A stretch of 63,674 nucleotides of DNA, filler included, from Octopus bimaculoides (taxonomy: Eukaryota): NCBI RefSeq assembly GCF_001194135.2. It is 5 parts of 5 records of this genome, joined end to end, with 100 filler letters (N's around TTAATTAATTAA, not from the genome) between each part and the next. Parts side by side here need not be neighbours in the genome. Positions count along the whole stretch, not along the records: positions 1 to 12,675 come from NC_068991.1; positions 12,776 to 41,126 come from NC_068984.1; 3 more parts are not named here. One strand, written 5' to 3'. A program made the translations under genes and the position numbers. The number at the start of each line of letters is the position of its first letter. Within the stretch, counting starts at the first letter, position 1. The notes beneath the pieces were generated by a model. That model searched no databases. It saw nothing but the letters and a program-made list of their open reading frames with translations, and was not told where the DNA came from. Positions 1 through 12,869 of the stretch are shown piece by piece.

Positions 1-988
1 CTTCATCATCGTTTAACGTCCGCTTTCCATGCTAGCATGGGTTGGACGATTTGACTGAGGACTGGTGAACCAGATGGCTACACCAGGCTCCAATCTGATT
101 TGGCAGAGTTTCTACAGCTGGATGCCCTTCCTAACGCCAACCACTCCGAGAGTGTAGTGGGTGCTTTTACGTGCCACCGGCACGAAGGCCAGTCAGGCGG
201 TACTGGCAATGGCCATGCTCAAAATGGTGCTATTTACGTGCCACTGGCATGGAAGCCAGACAGCTGCTCTGGCAACGATCATGCTCGAACAGTGCTCTTA
301 GCGCTCCACTGGTACAGGTGCCATCACGATTCCGCTTTCCCCAACAGGTCTTCACAAGCCGAGCTTAGTGTCCAATGAAGGAGACGTTGACATGGGTGCC
401 AGTCATCGAATTTAGATCGAAATCATCAACAGGTCTTCGTAAGCAAAGTTCAGTGTCCAATGAAGGAAAGGTACGCATAAGTGGGCTGGCTACATCCCTG
501 GCAGAGGCCTTGGATTTTGGTCTCACTTGGCTTGCCAGATCTTCTCAAGCACAGCATATTTCCAAAGGTCTCAGTCAGAAGTCATTGCCTCGGTGAGGCC
601 TAATGTTCGAAGGTCGTGCTTCACCACCTCATCCCAGGTCTTCCTGGGCCTAACTCTTCTACAGGTTCCCTCAACCGCTAGGGTGTGGCACTTTTTCACA
701 CAGCTATCCTCATCCATTCTCGCCACATGACCATACCAGCGCAATCGTCTCTCTTGCTCACCACAACTGATGTTTCTTAGGTTCAACTTTTCTCTCAAGG
801 TACTTACACTCTGTCTAGTATGCACACTGACATTACACATCCATCGGAGAATACTGGCTTCATTCCTTGTGAGATTACGCATGTCCTCAGTAGTCACGGC
901 CCATGTTTCACTTCCATGTAGCATGGCTGTTCGTACACATGCGTCATACAGTCTGCCTTTTACTCTGAGTGAGAGGCCCTTTGTCAAT
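1..988 (-). mobile_element. RTE-clade LINE 3' end (ORF2 C-terminus, long 3'UTR, (GAT)n-type tail at window start)
   Basis: ORF 571..987(-) reads LSLRVKGRLYDACVRTAMLHGSETWAV...RRLRWYGHVARM...RPRKTWDEVVKHDL, typical of the RTE ORF2 C-terminus. The 3'UTR carries GGTTGGCGTTAGGAAGGGCATCC and ends ...ACGTTAAACGATGATGAAG. Confidence 0.9.
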
Positions 989-2308
989 ATATAAGTGATA
1001 TGTATATATATATGTATACATGTGTGTCAGCAGACCAATGTTGTAATTCTTTATGTCAAATATATAACTTAATAGATCAATGAACAGAAATTCATAAAAT
1101 AAGTACTCAACTGAAATAATTATTGAGATAAATGTGATTGACATGACAGAAATAATCATGAAGGTGGTGTGCCAGAATGGTCACAGTCCAATGATAATAA
1201 AAAAATAAAGGAACAAGGTTAGAAAGGGATAAGGAAAAAAAGGATGTTTACAAAAAGAAAGATGTGTGTGTATGTATGAGTGAGAGAGAGACTGAAGTGC
1301 ATTTGTGAGGGAAAGGAGGAGATGATAATGTGTGTATTAAATCTAGCACTAAAACAGCAGAGTTTCTATGACCTACTTGTTGCCTTTTAGTAGTAGTATT
1401 TATTGTAATAGTAGTAGCTGTAGCTGTAGTAGCAGCTGTAGTAGTTATGTTGCTATGGAGACTGACAATGAGAGAGAGGAATGAGAGAAAGCTAGAAAAT
1501 CAGAGAGATAGGGTAAGAAACACAAGCACAAAGTGAGGGGGAGAGAGGGGGAGATAGATAGAGAGAGAGACAGCTGGACAGGAAGGTCAAAAGAGGCCTT
1601 TCTTCCTGCCTTCTCATTAGAGAGACAGCAACAACAGAAGAGTGGTGGTTGTGGGGAAGGGGGTGCTGCTAGCAGTAGTAGAAGCATTCTCAGTCCTCCA
1701 AAGACTGAAATTAGCATAAAATAGTGATAGCAAGTAGAGTTATTGATGTGAAGCTTGATGCAGCATCATGTTTGCAGCTGCAGTTGCAGCACATTTAAAA
1801 GCTGCACATAATTAAAGCAATATAGCCTTAACAGGTCATAGTCACTGTACAGTACATGTGCACACAGCAATGAGCATCTGATTCAGAAGCAGTATTTTGT
1901 GAATGTATATTTAATTAGTTTTGAATTATATACAAGCATATATGCACACATACACATAGTTTACCATTCAAATATATGCATGCACACATGCAATATGTAA
2001 AACAGTACAAATAACTGAGTGAATACAAACTGCAAACGCATACAACAAAATTGTGTAGACATAATGCATATGTGCATTCTATAGTGCATACAAATGCATT
2101 CATTAACAGAGGTACAGGTTCCAGAATACTCAATAACATTGGTGTTTACCAAAAGCTTTTTAGCTTGGTATAAAGCTGTAAGGAAGTTGAATGTCTTGTT
2201 TAATGTTTGTAATAAAATACACACATTTGACCTGAGGTCATGTTTCGCATATCATCATCATCATACGTGACATACTCCAACTACACAAACTTGCACTCTC
2301 TCTTTCTC

Positions 2309-2349
<41 letters not shown>

Positions 2350-3184
2350 AATACAAATAAGATGGAGAAATAGTGGATAGACCTTAAACAACATTAATAC
2401 CAAATCAGATGAAGAGAGGAAGAAGATCCTAACTTCATCAGATATGATATTACCATTGTCAACAGTCTGTCTGCCATTTCATTATCTCTATTCCTATTCT
2501 ATATTTATTGTTTCCTCCTGATATAAGCAACACACAATGCTTAGCACATGCACAATATAAGAGCACACCTTTTGATGCAAGTCTGATGAAGTGTCACTCT
2601 AATATTTAAAACTGCAAATATTATGAAACTTTTCACATGGAACATTTGCATGCAATGGCATTAAAAACAGAATGCTAGTGAAACAATTGTAAATGATCGT
2701 TAAAGATATGCTAAAGTATTTCTTTGTCTTATTTAGATTGTATCTTACTCTTTGGTAGGCCAACACATTGGATTTACTGGTGTGATACCTGGATTTTTTT
2801 ACACAATTAGAATTTCAACTTTGAGACTCCGATTCAAGAATGTAGATAAACTAAAGCTTGGGTTGAGTGGTGCATTGGAAATATTCTGATTTCCCATCCT
2901 TTCAGGACCATTATATGTGTAGAGACAAATTAAAATATATATATATATANNNNNNNNNNCAAAAGTCCAAAATGTTGCTTTTTCAGAAAACAAAAAAACA
3001 AAAAACAGTTTCACCATTCCATAGCAAAACTGTTGTACTACACTTCGAGAATTTTTGATATCTTGGCATCTGAATCAGCTGGAGATATGATAGTTTGACC
3101 AAAAGAACTGGCTATTGCAAGCAAAAAAAATAATATTAAAAAAACGCGTTTGGTCAAATTTGGACAACAATTTAACATAATAGT

Positions 3185-3221
<37 letters not shown>

Positions 3222-3250
3222 CACACACACACACACACACACATGATGAT

Positions 3251-3385
3251 CTTCCTTCAGATTCTATCTGCCAAATCCATTCACAAGGTATTAGTTGGCC
3301 TCAGGTTATTATAGAAAATGCTTGCCCAAAGTGCCATGCAGTGGGACTGGACTCAAGCTTCTTAACAAACAGCCATGCCCACACC
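3251..3385 (-). mobile_element. Degenerate tRNA/CORE-type SINE head (family B)
   Basis: Reverse complement resembles the heads at 18397 and 62225 (GCACTTTGGGCAAGCATTTTCTAT vs GCACCTTGGGCAAGTGTCTTCTACT). Confidence 0.65.
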
Positions 3386-3519
3386 ATATACATATATAAA
3401 TATATATATGTACATACATTACATACATATAAATATTAATATAAGCACATATATACATACATATATATATATATTGTTGGTAGTCTATCAGTGTCTGACG
3501 ATGACAAAGTTTGTGATTT

Positions 3520-3832
3520 CAGAGATGAAAGTGCATGTGACTTTGCAGTCCAAAGCTGGAAGCACACAGGTGTTACAACAATAGTTTGTGGACTTGGATT
3601 GAACCAGACGCTGCCCTGTGATGTCTGTCTCCTGCAGCAATGAGAAGCTGTTGCTGGTCCTCTTTGAAGGTAGCTGCTGCTCATGAGGTGAGAGACCCCC
3701 ACACTGAGCTGTCCTCAGCAGAGGCTTCAAGTTCATATGGACTAATGCTGCTCCATTTGAGTTTGTTTTTCAGGGTGTCCTTGTACCTCAGTTTAGGCCT
3801 TTCTTCTTCACATGAACTTGCCATAAAACAGC
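3520..3832 (-). mobile_element. RTE (BovB-like) LINE 3' fragment
   Basis: Minus strand translates GRPKLRYKDTLKNKLKWSSISPYELEASAEDSSVW...LCASSFGLQSHMHFH, an RTE C-terminus with a decayed terminal zinc-finger-like motif and stops. Confidence 0.75.
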
Positions 3833-3890
3833 ACACACACACATATATATATAGCATTTATACATGCATATATGTACATTAACATATATA

Positions 3891-4194
3891 CAGGGTGTCC
3901 CAAAAGTCACTGATGGGTTTCAATTTTTAATAACATCCTTAGAAGTGGGGTCTGAAACTCTTGAGCATGTTATGGTGCAAGTTTTGGAAAGAACATGGGC
4001 ATGCAAAGCCAAAAATGGCTGCCATTTAAGCAATATCATTTTTCATATATGATGTAGTGGTGTTGCAAAATTTGACTTGTGCATATTAATTTCCATTATG
4101 TCCTTTATATTGTATCAAAATTTCATGCATTTATTTGTAAAGTTAAGGAAGTTATCAAAAACTGAAACCCATTGGTTACTTTTGGGACACCCTG
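3891..4194. mobile_element. Tc1/mariner-type MITE, 304 bp
   Basis: ~32-bp terminal inverted repeats CAGGGTGTCCCAAAAGTCACTGATGGGTTTCA / TGAAACCCATTGGTTACTTTTGGGACACCCTG; TA at the left flank, TG at the right; non-coding interior. Confidence 0.85.
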
Positions 4195-4712
4195 TGTATA
4201 TACATTATTTGAAGTCAGAAACATGAAATGACACTTTGGGTCACCTTGGCCTACTCTAGTAAAAATATCATTTGTGCCAGCAAAATGTTTTGGACAAAAA
4301 AAACCATTTAATTAAAATGATGCTTGTATTTGTGGAGGGGGTAGATGGATGGGTAAACTCTTATCCTTGACCAATGTAAAAGAATATTACCACTTCCAAT
4401 ACTAACATCATTACCTCCTCCATTTTGCTGCAGGAAATTATCCAATTAACAACCACCACCACAGCTACAACAATAACAGCAGCATTAAGTCATTGTTTGC
4501 CTGAATGCAGTTATTGACTAAAGAATTACAGTAAAACCAAATCTCCAATTATTGTAGCCTTTCTTCTAGCAATGGAATAGCATTTCACACATGTATGTGT
4601 GTGAGTGTGTGTGTGCACACACAAACATAAAATCAGGTGAAACAGTGAAAATATATATACAGTGAAAGATAAAGAGAGGAGGGAAAGAAACAGAGAAGGC
4701 GAGAAAGGGAAG

Positions 4713-4760
<48 letters not shown>

Positions 4761-4779
4761 NNNNNNNNNNCAGACAGAC

Positions 4780-4824
<45 letters not shown>

Positions 4825-5764
4825 GAGCGAGACAGACAGAGAGAGAGCGAGACAGACAGAGAGAGAGACAGACAGACAGACAGAGATAATAAGAACAAGA
4901 CAAAAAAGAGAAGAAATGGACAACCATGGAACAAACAAACCAGATTTTATGGCAAGCCAGCTGGATGGATTGAGTTAGCTTTCATTAATGCATGTGTATA
5001 TATGTTTGTGTGTATGAGTGTAAATATGTGAAGGGGTGTACAATTGAGTCTACAAACTAGTAAAAGATACTTGATACAGAAGTGTAAGTATTTATTGTAG
5101 TGCTCAGATTATTTGCTGTTGTAAAATTGGTTTATGATACATGTGGCAGGGTGTTTATGATGGATATAACATGGTGTTAATAGCAAAATATTTGAGTAAT
5201 TAGTCATTGAATGCAAAATATAACTACTGAAAAATTGAAAATAGTATAGAAGTATATATAAGTCAGCCATACACCAAAATCTCATCTAAGTAACAACAAT
5301 GTTCAACTCAAACCATTTCCATTATTGGAGTTCTAAAAATGAAGAATAGACAGAGTTTTTAATGAAACACCAAGATATGAATAAATAATGCATAAACTGT
5401 AAACCAGAGACAAAGCAAAATATTTCCATCACTGGATGGAAAATATATCTACTGAAAATAATGGAAAATACTACAGAAGTATATATAGGCCAGCCAGACA
5501 GAAGAAGCCACCAGCTTTCAGCCCAGCCATGTGCTCCAAGAAGATCTCCTTTCTGATGCATCTGGAGTTGCTGAAATGTAAATCTTACTTCTAACAATAT
5601 CATGTAACCCACCTTGACCAATAGCAGCCCAGTTTCCAGAAGCCATCTTGGACTTCCTGTATCTCTTTATTCAGTTAACTGAACCTGAATGAGCTAGGTT
5701 TCTGTAAGAAACCTGCAAAACTAAGGCACATGAAGCTGAACCAAACTGTTTAAATAATAATAAT

Positions 5765-6168
5765 TCTTTCTCCTATAGGCACAAGGCCTGAAATTTTGGG
5801 GGAAGGGGCAAGTCGATTACATCGACCCTAGTACTTAACTGGTACTTAATTTAGCAACCTCAAAAGGATGAAAGGCAAAGTCGACCTTGGCAGAATTTGA
5901 ACTCAGAACGTAGCAGCTGTTTAAATAATAATAATGATGATGGTGATAATGATGATAATAATAATTCTCTCTACTATAGGCACAAGGCCTGAAATATTAG
6001 AGGAGGGGGTAAGTCAATTACAGCAACGCCAGTGTTTCACCAGTACTTAATTTATTGACCCCAAAAGGATGAAAGGCAAAGTTCTTGGTGAAATTTGAAC
6101 TCAGAACATAAAGACAGACAAAATGCTGCTAAGTATTTTGCCCAAGATGCTAACGATCCTGCCAGCTT
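5765..6168 (-). mobile_element. Two tandem family-A tRNA-derived SINE copies (5765-5915, 5965-6168)
   Basis: Both contain the reverse complement of the family core (TTCTGAGTTCAAATT...CTTTGCCTTTCATCCTTTT...AAGTAC) and the GGCCTTGTGCCTATAG tail followed by (ATT)n. Confidence 0.85.
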
Positions 6169-6217
6169 AATCATATATATATGATTAAAAAGTTCCCTTT
6201 ACAACTACATCTTTTGA

Positions 6218-6325
6218 GTTCATTGCACAGCACCTTGAGCAAGTATCTTCTACTATAGCCCTAGCCTGACCAAAGCCTTATGAGTGAATTTGGTACACTG
6301 AAACTGGAAGAAGCCCATTGTATGT
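6218..6325 (+). mobile_element. Family-B SINE fragment
   Basis: GCACCTTGAGCAAGTATCTTCTACTATAGCC...GACCAAAGCCTTATGAGTGAATTTGGTA matches 62290-62376. Confidence 0.75.
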
Positions 6326-8936
6326 GTGTCTACACACACATACAATATATGTATATGTGTAAGACCAATTTGTTTAAAGCAATGTCCCAGCAAGAGAAAC
6401 AAGTAAAAGATAAATTATATAAATATATATAACACCATAACATTGTTATTTAACTATATAAATAGCATATGCTGTTACTTAGATATACATTTATCAGTGG
6501 TGTGATATCTTGGCAGGTTATCTTTATTGAATGAGGGATATCATATAGGTTGGTGTGGAGTTATAGGACATAGACATGTGTGTCCAATAGAATACATTCC
6601 AATGGAGAAACAGTGCTTGTATTTTGTCATTGGCATTGTAATAATTTCCTTGAACCAGGTACTGGAAAACTGAGAGAGAGAGAGAGAGGGAGGAAGGAAG
6701 TCAAAGGGGAAGAACTGTAAGTGCCAAACTGGTTGAACTTGACAACTAGTTTAGTTGGTTGAGATGCCAACATTGAATCTCCTTACAGGAGAAGAAATAA
6801 ATCAATCAAAAAGTTACATTGATTTGCTTTCATTGTAAATAAATCATTTACAAATGTCTGGAATAGATTCCCTGTTGTTTCTCTTCCAATTACAACCTGT
6901 TCTTTAAGCAAACCTTCGATTATACCAATTATAAATCAATATTGTTGTGATCAATGACCAATGTCAGCTGAAATGTCATAAACAGAAATGAGTCTCTATA
7001 TGACCACCTGATTTTCTAGAAATAGCAGGCAAAAATCCTTCAAACTACACCCTACAGTCTTGCAAAGAGAAGGATATAGGATAATTGAATCCAGGCTATA
7101 CACTGCCCCAGACAAGGATGAGATGGTAATAGCTAGAATGTTTTTGATGTAAGGCTGGTCAGTTTGAGATGACCTGATGCCTAGCAACAACTTTTCTAGT
7201 TTAGTTACTGAAATTATTTTAGAATACAGAGAATATTAAGTATGAAGTAGAATAATTAAAATCTCATTGTGTTGACAATGTAATAGACCAGGTGAAAGCA
7301 AACCAGTTCTGATAACAGTCAGAAGACAAGCTCCTCTATCACTGCCTTAAGGCAAACACAGGAACCCACCTCTTAGAAGCTTACTTCTCACCCAAAAGAA
7401 GCTCACCTCTCACTCACTAAAACCTTACTCTTATTCAATAATTTCTGGAGCAAATGAGACTCTCAACTTGCTAGAAATAGAAACCAGTGAGAGAGCACCT
7501 TCAGCAGTAGTTTCCAATGTTTCTATAATCTCATCATCCTATGTCCCTATATTTGATATGCACACAACAATACAGTGTTTAGAGCAGCTGCACTGAAGAT
7601 GTTTCATTGGGATAAAGATTCAAGGTGGAGAAAGAAGATTAGAAACTGTGTGCCTACTACACATGCAAGCCTATAAATTTAAGAGAAGTATAGGAAGATG
7701 TGTGGTAAATGATGGTAGGAAGAGGAGTTGGGTGTTGATAGAAGCAGCTGCAATGAGAGTTGTAGTGGTGGTGCCCCACCTCAGTGTCAGGGTAACTGCC
7801 ATTGTAGAAGTCATATCAATGTAGTGGTAGTGATGGTAGTTATCATCATAGTTGTAGTAACAATGATCCAGATAGAAATCAGCAAGGTGGAAGAAAAGGT
7901 GGAAGCATAAAAGATGGTAGAGATGGTAGTGGTAGAAAAGGGGGTGTAGGAGAGGTAATGGATGTGCTAGTTGTAGATCCCAATATGATTCCACATGTAA
8001 AGTAAGTTCATTCATAGTGGTAGTGGTGGTCATAGTCATCATCATAGTTGAGATGTAGACTAACATTAAATATTTCATCATGGTGGTGAAGGGCGAGAGA
8101 TAGGACGTTTAATTAATTAATAAAAAGTGAGTCACTTAAATGAACCACAGAGATAATTAGAAAGATGGGGTAATGGAACAAATGAAAAATTCCACTTGTT
8201 AAAAGGTATTTCAGACTTTTCGATAAGCAGTAACAACTATAAATAAAAGATGAATATGATCCATTGGCATCTTTGGCAGTGCCACCACCACAACCACCAC
8301 CATCACATCAGAGCATTAACATCTTAAGAACAATTAAATTTATGGGAAGCAACAACCAGAACATTAGGGAGAGACTGAGAAACAACACTTTAATCTTTTT
8401 CCCTTAAAAATACCTTTATCAACCTCACTTGTTTCAGAGGGTCTGTTATAACCATGTGTATAGTTCCTTCTTCCAGACCAAACCTACGAACACTATGAAG
8501 ACAATCCTTTCCTTCCAGACCACATCACTTGAGATCAGTTTTCCTTTAATGCTAGAATTTAGAAACATTACAACTGAAGAATATTAACAGTCAGAAATGA
8601 ACTCCCCATCCCAACACATACAAACACATATATGCATATACATATAATACACACACACATGCATGTGTGTACCCCCTCCCCAATACCGGATATCTCTCTC
8701 TTCTCCAACCACCATCACCGGATATCTCATTCTCTCACCAGAAACGCCCTCCCTCACTGGTGGTATCCTCTATCATACCTGCAATCTCCTCTCCCTCTCC
8801 CAGGAAAAATGCACCCACCTACTTAATAGGCTATCTTTTGTTTTGACTCGACATTTGTCAACAAACTACTCAGTAATTTCCATGGATGTATCAAAGTGGA
8901 AAGAGAAAGCTACTAGGCTGTATATGTGTGCTTGCT

Positions 8937-8975
<39 letters not shown>

Positions 8976-9259
8976 ACAAGTGCTTGTTCTTGTGTGTGTG
9001 TTGTGCTTGTTCTTGTGTATATGTGTGTGTGTGTATATAGGCATGCATGTTCCTCTCTTCTCTCAAAGGAAACCCCTTCCCTTACTGATGGTATCCTCTA
9101 TCACACCTACAATTTCCTCTCCCTATCAGGACAAATGCAACTAGTTTAGCTGCCCACCTTCTTAATCTAACATTGGCATATTGATATTCATATTCTCTTC
9201 TATCTATCTTTATTGATTTACTTATATCTGCAACACCAATAATGCTTAAATTTACGTTT

Positions 9260-12231
9260 TTACAATGTCCATAATGCTTATACTTACAACGCTGCTAACA
9301 CCTACTCCTACCCCCAGCAGGGACAACAATCTTAACACGCTTGAATGTTTGAATGATGACAGGTCGAAACTGAGAACAGGTGTACCACGTCTATCAAACG
9401 AACACGTAAACCTTCTTTTCAGGTACTGAGTAACATCTCTCCTCTCCACGCCTCCTCCGACATTCCTTTCCCACTTTTTAGAGTTGGCACCGTCAATGTG
9501 GGCACACTGAGAGGAAAGTCTAGTGAGATTGTAGAGATGCTTGAACAGAGACATGTTGATGTATGCTGCATACAAGAGGTAAGGTGGAGAGGAGCTTCAG
9601 CCAGGGTCCTCACAGGCAAGGCACATAGATATAAAAATCTTCTGGGAAGGTAACAGTGATGGAGTAGGGGGTGTAAGCATACTCCTTGCGGAGAAATGGA
9701 TCGATAAGGTCATAGAGGCAGTCAGGGTATGTGATAGAGTGCTGAAGCTCAGGCTAGTCTTGCAGAATAGTATAGCTACAATTATCTCTGCCTATGCCCC
9801 ACGAGCGGGCCTACCAAACGATCATCAGGACCACTTTTATGATACCATTCTACAGGCTACCTCAAAGACAAATGGCAATGACCTCATCTTTGTGGCTGGG
9901 GATTTTAATGCGCATGTCAGATGGCAATCCTGTATCTTCCATGGTGTTCACGGGGACCATGGAACAAGACTACTGGAGTTTTGTGATGCATACAACCTAT
10001 TAATCTGCAACACTAACTTCAGGAAGCCAGACAGCCATCTGATAACCTATCATCAGGTGACTCTGCTAGCCAGATTGACTTCATCCTCACAAGACAGTGG
10101 GATACAAGATTGCTCTTAAATACAAAAACCCTCCCTGGTGAAGAATGTACCCCTCAGCATAGACTACTTATTAGTGACTTTAGACTTGAGACCACAAGGA
10201 TGCCAAGATGCAGACCAATCCAGAAAAGAAGGCTTTGGAAGCTAAAGAACCCTTCACATGGTCAGAGATTTAGGGACATCCTCACTGAGAAATTTGACGA
10301 GAGGGAGGAGGAGCTATATACTTCGGACATAGAAAGGTAGCTGGAAATTCCTATGAGTGCCACAGACCAAGTCTGCGGATGGTGCAAAGTCCCTTCCAGA
10401 CCTAGAGTAACGTGGTGGTGGAATACTATGGTTGACAAAGCCATTAGAGGAAAGAAACAGGCCTGGAAGACTGGGGGTAGCAGGAACTGTACTAGATAGC
10501 CAGAAAGGAGGCTGGGCGACAGGTATACATAGCCAAAGGAGAAGCAGAAAAGAAGTTCGCCAATGTTCAGCAACATGAGGACCAGAGAACTGAAGTATTT
10601 CGGATTGCAAGACAGTGTGAGAGAAAATTGTGATGTCACAGGAGAGAAATGTGTCCACATGGATGATGGTGCACTTGCTTTTAATGATTCTGCAAAGGAA
10701 GAGGCTTGGAGAAGTCATTATGAAAGGCTGCTGAATATGGAGAATGAATGGGAGGAGGAGAGCCTGCCAAATGTTGATACAGTAGAGGGACCAGCTACCA
10801 GAATAGATAGCACCCTGGTAGATAAAGCAATTAAGGAGATGAAGTCAGGAAAAGCCCCTGACCCATCAGGAATCCCTGCTGAGATGCTTGAAATATCTGG
10901 TAGTGTGGGTTATGGCTTAGTCACCTGTATTGTAAACCAGGTAGTTCACAAAGGTGTCATACTCATTGACTGGCATAGCAGAACCAAAGTCAACTGCTAC
11001 AAAGGTAAAGGTGATGCTTTAGATAAAAATAACTATATGGGTATCAAACTGCTGGATTAAGTGATGAAGCTCACGGAGAAGGTCATAGCCCAACTAATTA
11101 GGGAAAGAGTCTGTTTAGATGAGATGCAGTTCAGTTTTGAGCCATGTAGAAGCACCACTGATGCTATATTCTTGGTACTGCAACCGCAGGAGAAATACCG
11201 AGCCAAAGGTAAACCACTATACTTGGCTTTTGTTGACTTGGAGAAAGACTTTGACAGAGTCCCCCGATCCCTTATCTGGTGGGTGATGCAGAAACTGGGG
11301 ATTGACGAGTGTTAATAAGAGCTATACAGGCCCTGTACAGGGATGCCGTTCATAAAGCAATAAGTATTGTGAAGAATTCTGGGTAGAAGTAGGGGTTCAC
11401 TAAGGATCAGCCCTCATCCCCCTCTTATTCATCATAGTCCTCCAGGCAATAACAGAAGAATTCAAGACAGGTTGCCCCTGGGAGCTCCTCTATGCTGATG
11501 ACCTTGCTCTCATAGCGGAATCACTACCAGAACCAGAGAAGAAATTTCAGGTGTGGAAGCAAGGTTTAGAATCGAAGGGCCTTAGAGCCAATGTTACAAA
11601 AACCAAAGTCCTAGTAAGTAGGAGGGCAAACACATCACAAACCCCTTCAGATAGATGGCCCTACTCGATCTGTAGAAAATGTGTAGGTAGAAACTTCATA
11701 AGTTGTGTCAGTGTGTAAGCCATGGATGCATAAAAGGTGCAGCGACATTAACCGGGAAGATAGCTTTTGTGTATGGCAGATGCACAGGGGCAATAAACAT
11801 CACAGATGCTCAGAAAAGTGATTCCATCGCATGCCAGGGGAAGAAACTAGAAGTAGTTGATAGCTTACGCTACCTAGGTGACCAAGTGTGTAGTGGGGGT
11901 GGATGCTCGGAGAGCATTGCCACTAGAATAGGAATAGCCTGCGTAAAGTTCAGAGAGCTCCTACCTCTACTGGTGACAAATGGCCTCTCGCTCAGAGTGA
12001 AAGGTAGATTGTATGATGCATGTGTGTCAACTGCCATGCTACACGGCAGTGAAACATGGGCTGTGACTCCTGAAGACATGCGTAGGCTTGAAAGGAATGA
12101 AGCTAGTATGATCTGCCAGATGTGTAATGTTAGTGTGCACACATGACAGAGTGTAAGCGCCCTGAGAGAAGTGTTGGACATAAAAAGCATCAAATGTGGT
12201 GTGCAAGAGAAACGACTGCGCTAGTATGGTC
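9260..12231 (+). mobile_element. Long, inactivated RTE-clade LINE ORF2 (APE endonuclease + reverse transcriptase), 3'-truncated
   Basis: APE motifs VGTVNVGTL, CCIQEVRW, SAYAP and GDFNAHV; RT motifs MQFSF..CRSTTDAIF, YLAFVDLEKDFDRVPR, LLYADDL and LRYLGD; C-terminal HGSETW. Multiple stops and frameshifts. Ends at the WYG-equivalent. 5' boundary approximate. Confidence 0.92.
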
Positions 12232-12325
12232 CCAAATTTTAGTCATTTTTTATGATCCAAAACTATGTCAAAAATAATGAATGGATCTTTATAAAATTTT
12301 GAAATTATATTCTATGCATAAGGGC

Positions 12326-12675
12326 CTCTACCCGGAATTCATTGCTGTACTCATTTCCAACCCTCACCTTACTGGCAGCATCTCTGTACATGGCTCGCAC
12401 AGCTCTCACTAACCATTCTTCTATCCCAAGTTTCCTCATTGACCACCAGATAAGGGATCGGGGGACCCTGTCAAAGGCTTTCTCCATGTCAACGAAAGCC
12501 AGGTACAGAGGTTTATCCTTAGCTAGGTATTTCTCCTGCAACTGTCTCACGAGAAATAAGGCATCAGTAGTGCTTTTACCTGGCACGAACCCAAACTGCA
12601 TCTCATCTAAATTGATTCGCTCCCTAATTAGTTGGGCTATGACCCTCTCTGTAACTTTCATAACCTGATCTAACA
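12326..12675 (-). mobile_element. RTE LINE RT fragment, same family as the 9.3-12.2 kb copy
   Basis: ORF 12305..12661(-): KVTERVIAQLIRERINLDEMQFGFVPGKSTTDALF...YLAFVDMEKAFDRVPRSLIWWSMRKLG; runs into the gap. Confidence 0.92.
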
Positions 12676-12775
12676 NNNNNNNNNNNNNNNNNNNNNNNNN
12701 NNNNNNNNNNNNNNNNNNNTTAATTAATTAANNNNNNNNNNNNNNNNNNNNNNNNNNNNNNNNNNNNNNNNNNNN
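12676..12775. other. Artificial scaffold join N44-TTAATTAATTAA-N44
   Basis: Exactly 100 nt; the 12-mer is palindromic with TAA in all six frames; identical spacers occur at 41127, 51454 and 55966. Confidence 0.95.
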
Positions 12776-12833
12776 AGACGCTGGCAAAGAAAATGTATCT
12801 CTCCTTCACCCTCCCTCTCACAAACATACAATT

Positions 12834-12849
<16 letters not shown>

Positions 12850-12869
<20 letters not shown>

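Noticed and set aside
2110-2889. Possible plus-strand exons (2110-2177, 2737-2889) giving an FN3-like FTGVIPGFFYTIRIST
   Set aside because: The same boundaries read equally well as minus-strand splice sites, the peptide is too short for a full FN3 domain, and no further exons were found. It needs RNA-seq or a profile search.
3038-3244. Signal-peptide-like ORF (RVFLILFFLLAIASSFGQ)
   Set aside because: The hydrophobic run comes from a poly-T tract next to a microsatellite; there is no recognisable mature peptide.
5520-5712. Minus-strand frame with one in-frame TGA after a good acceptor (selenoprotein idea)
   Set aside because: No recognisable homology, no redox motif and no SECIS seen; other frames are equally plausible.
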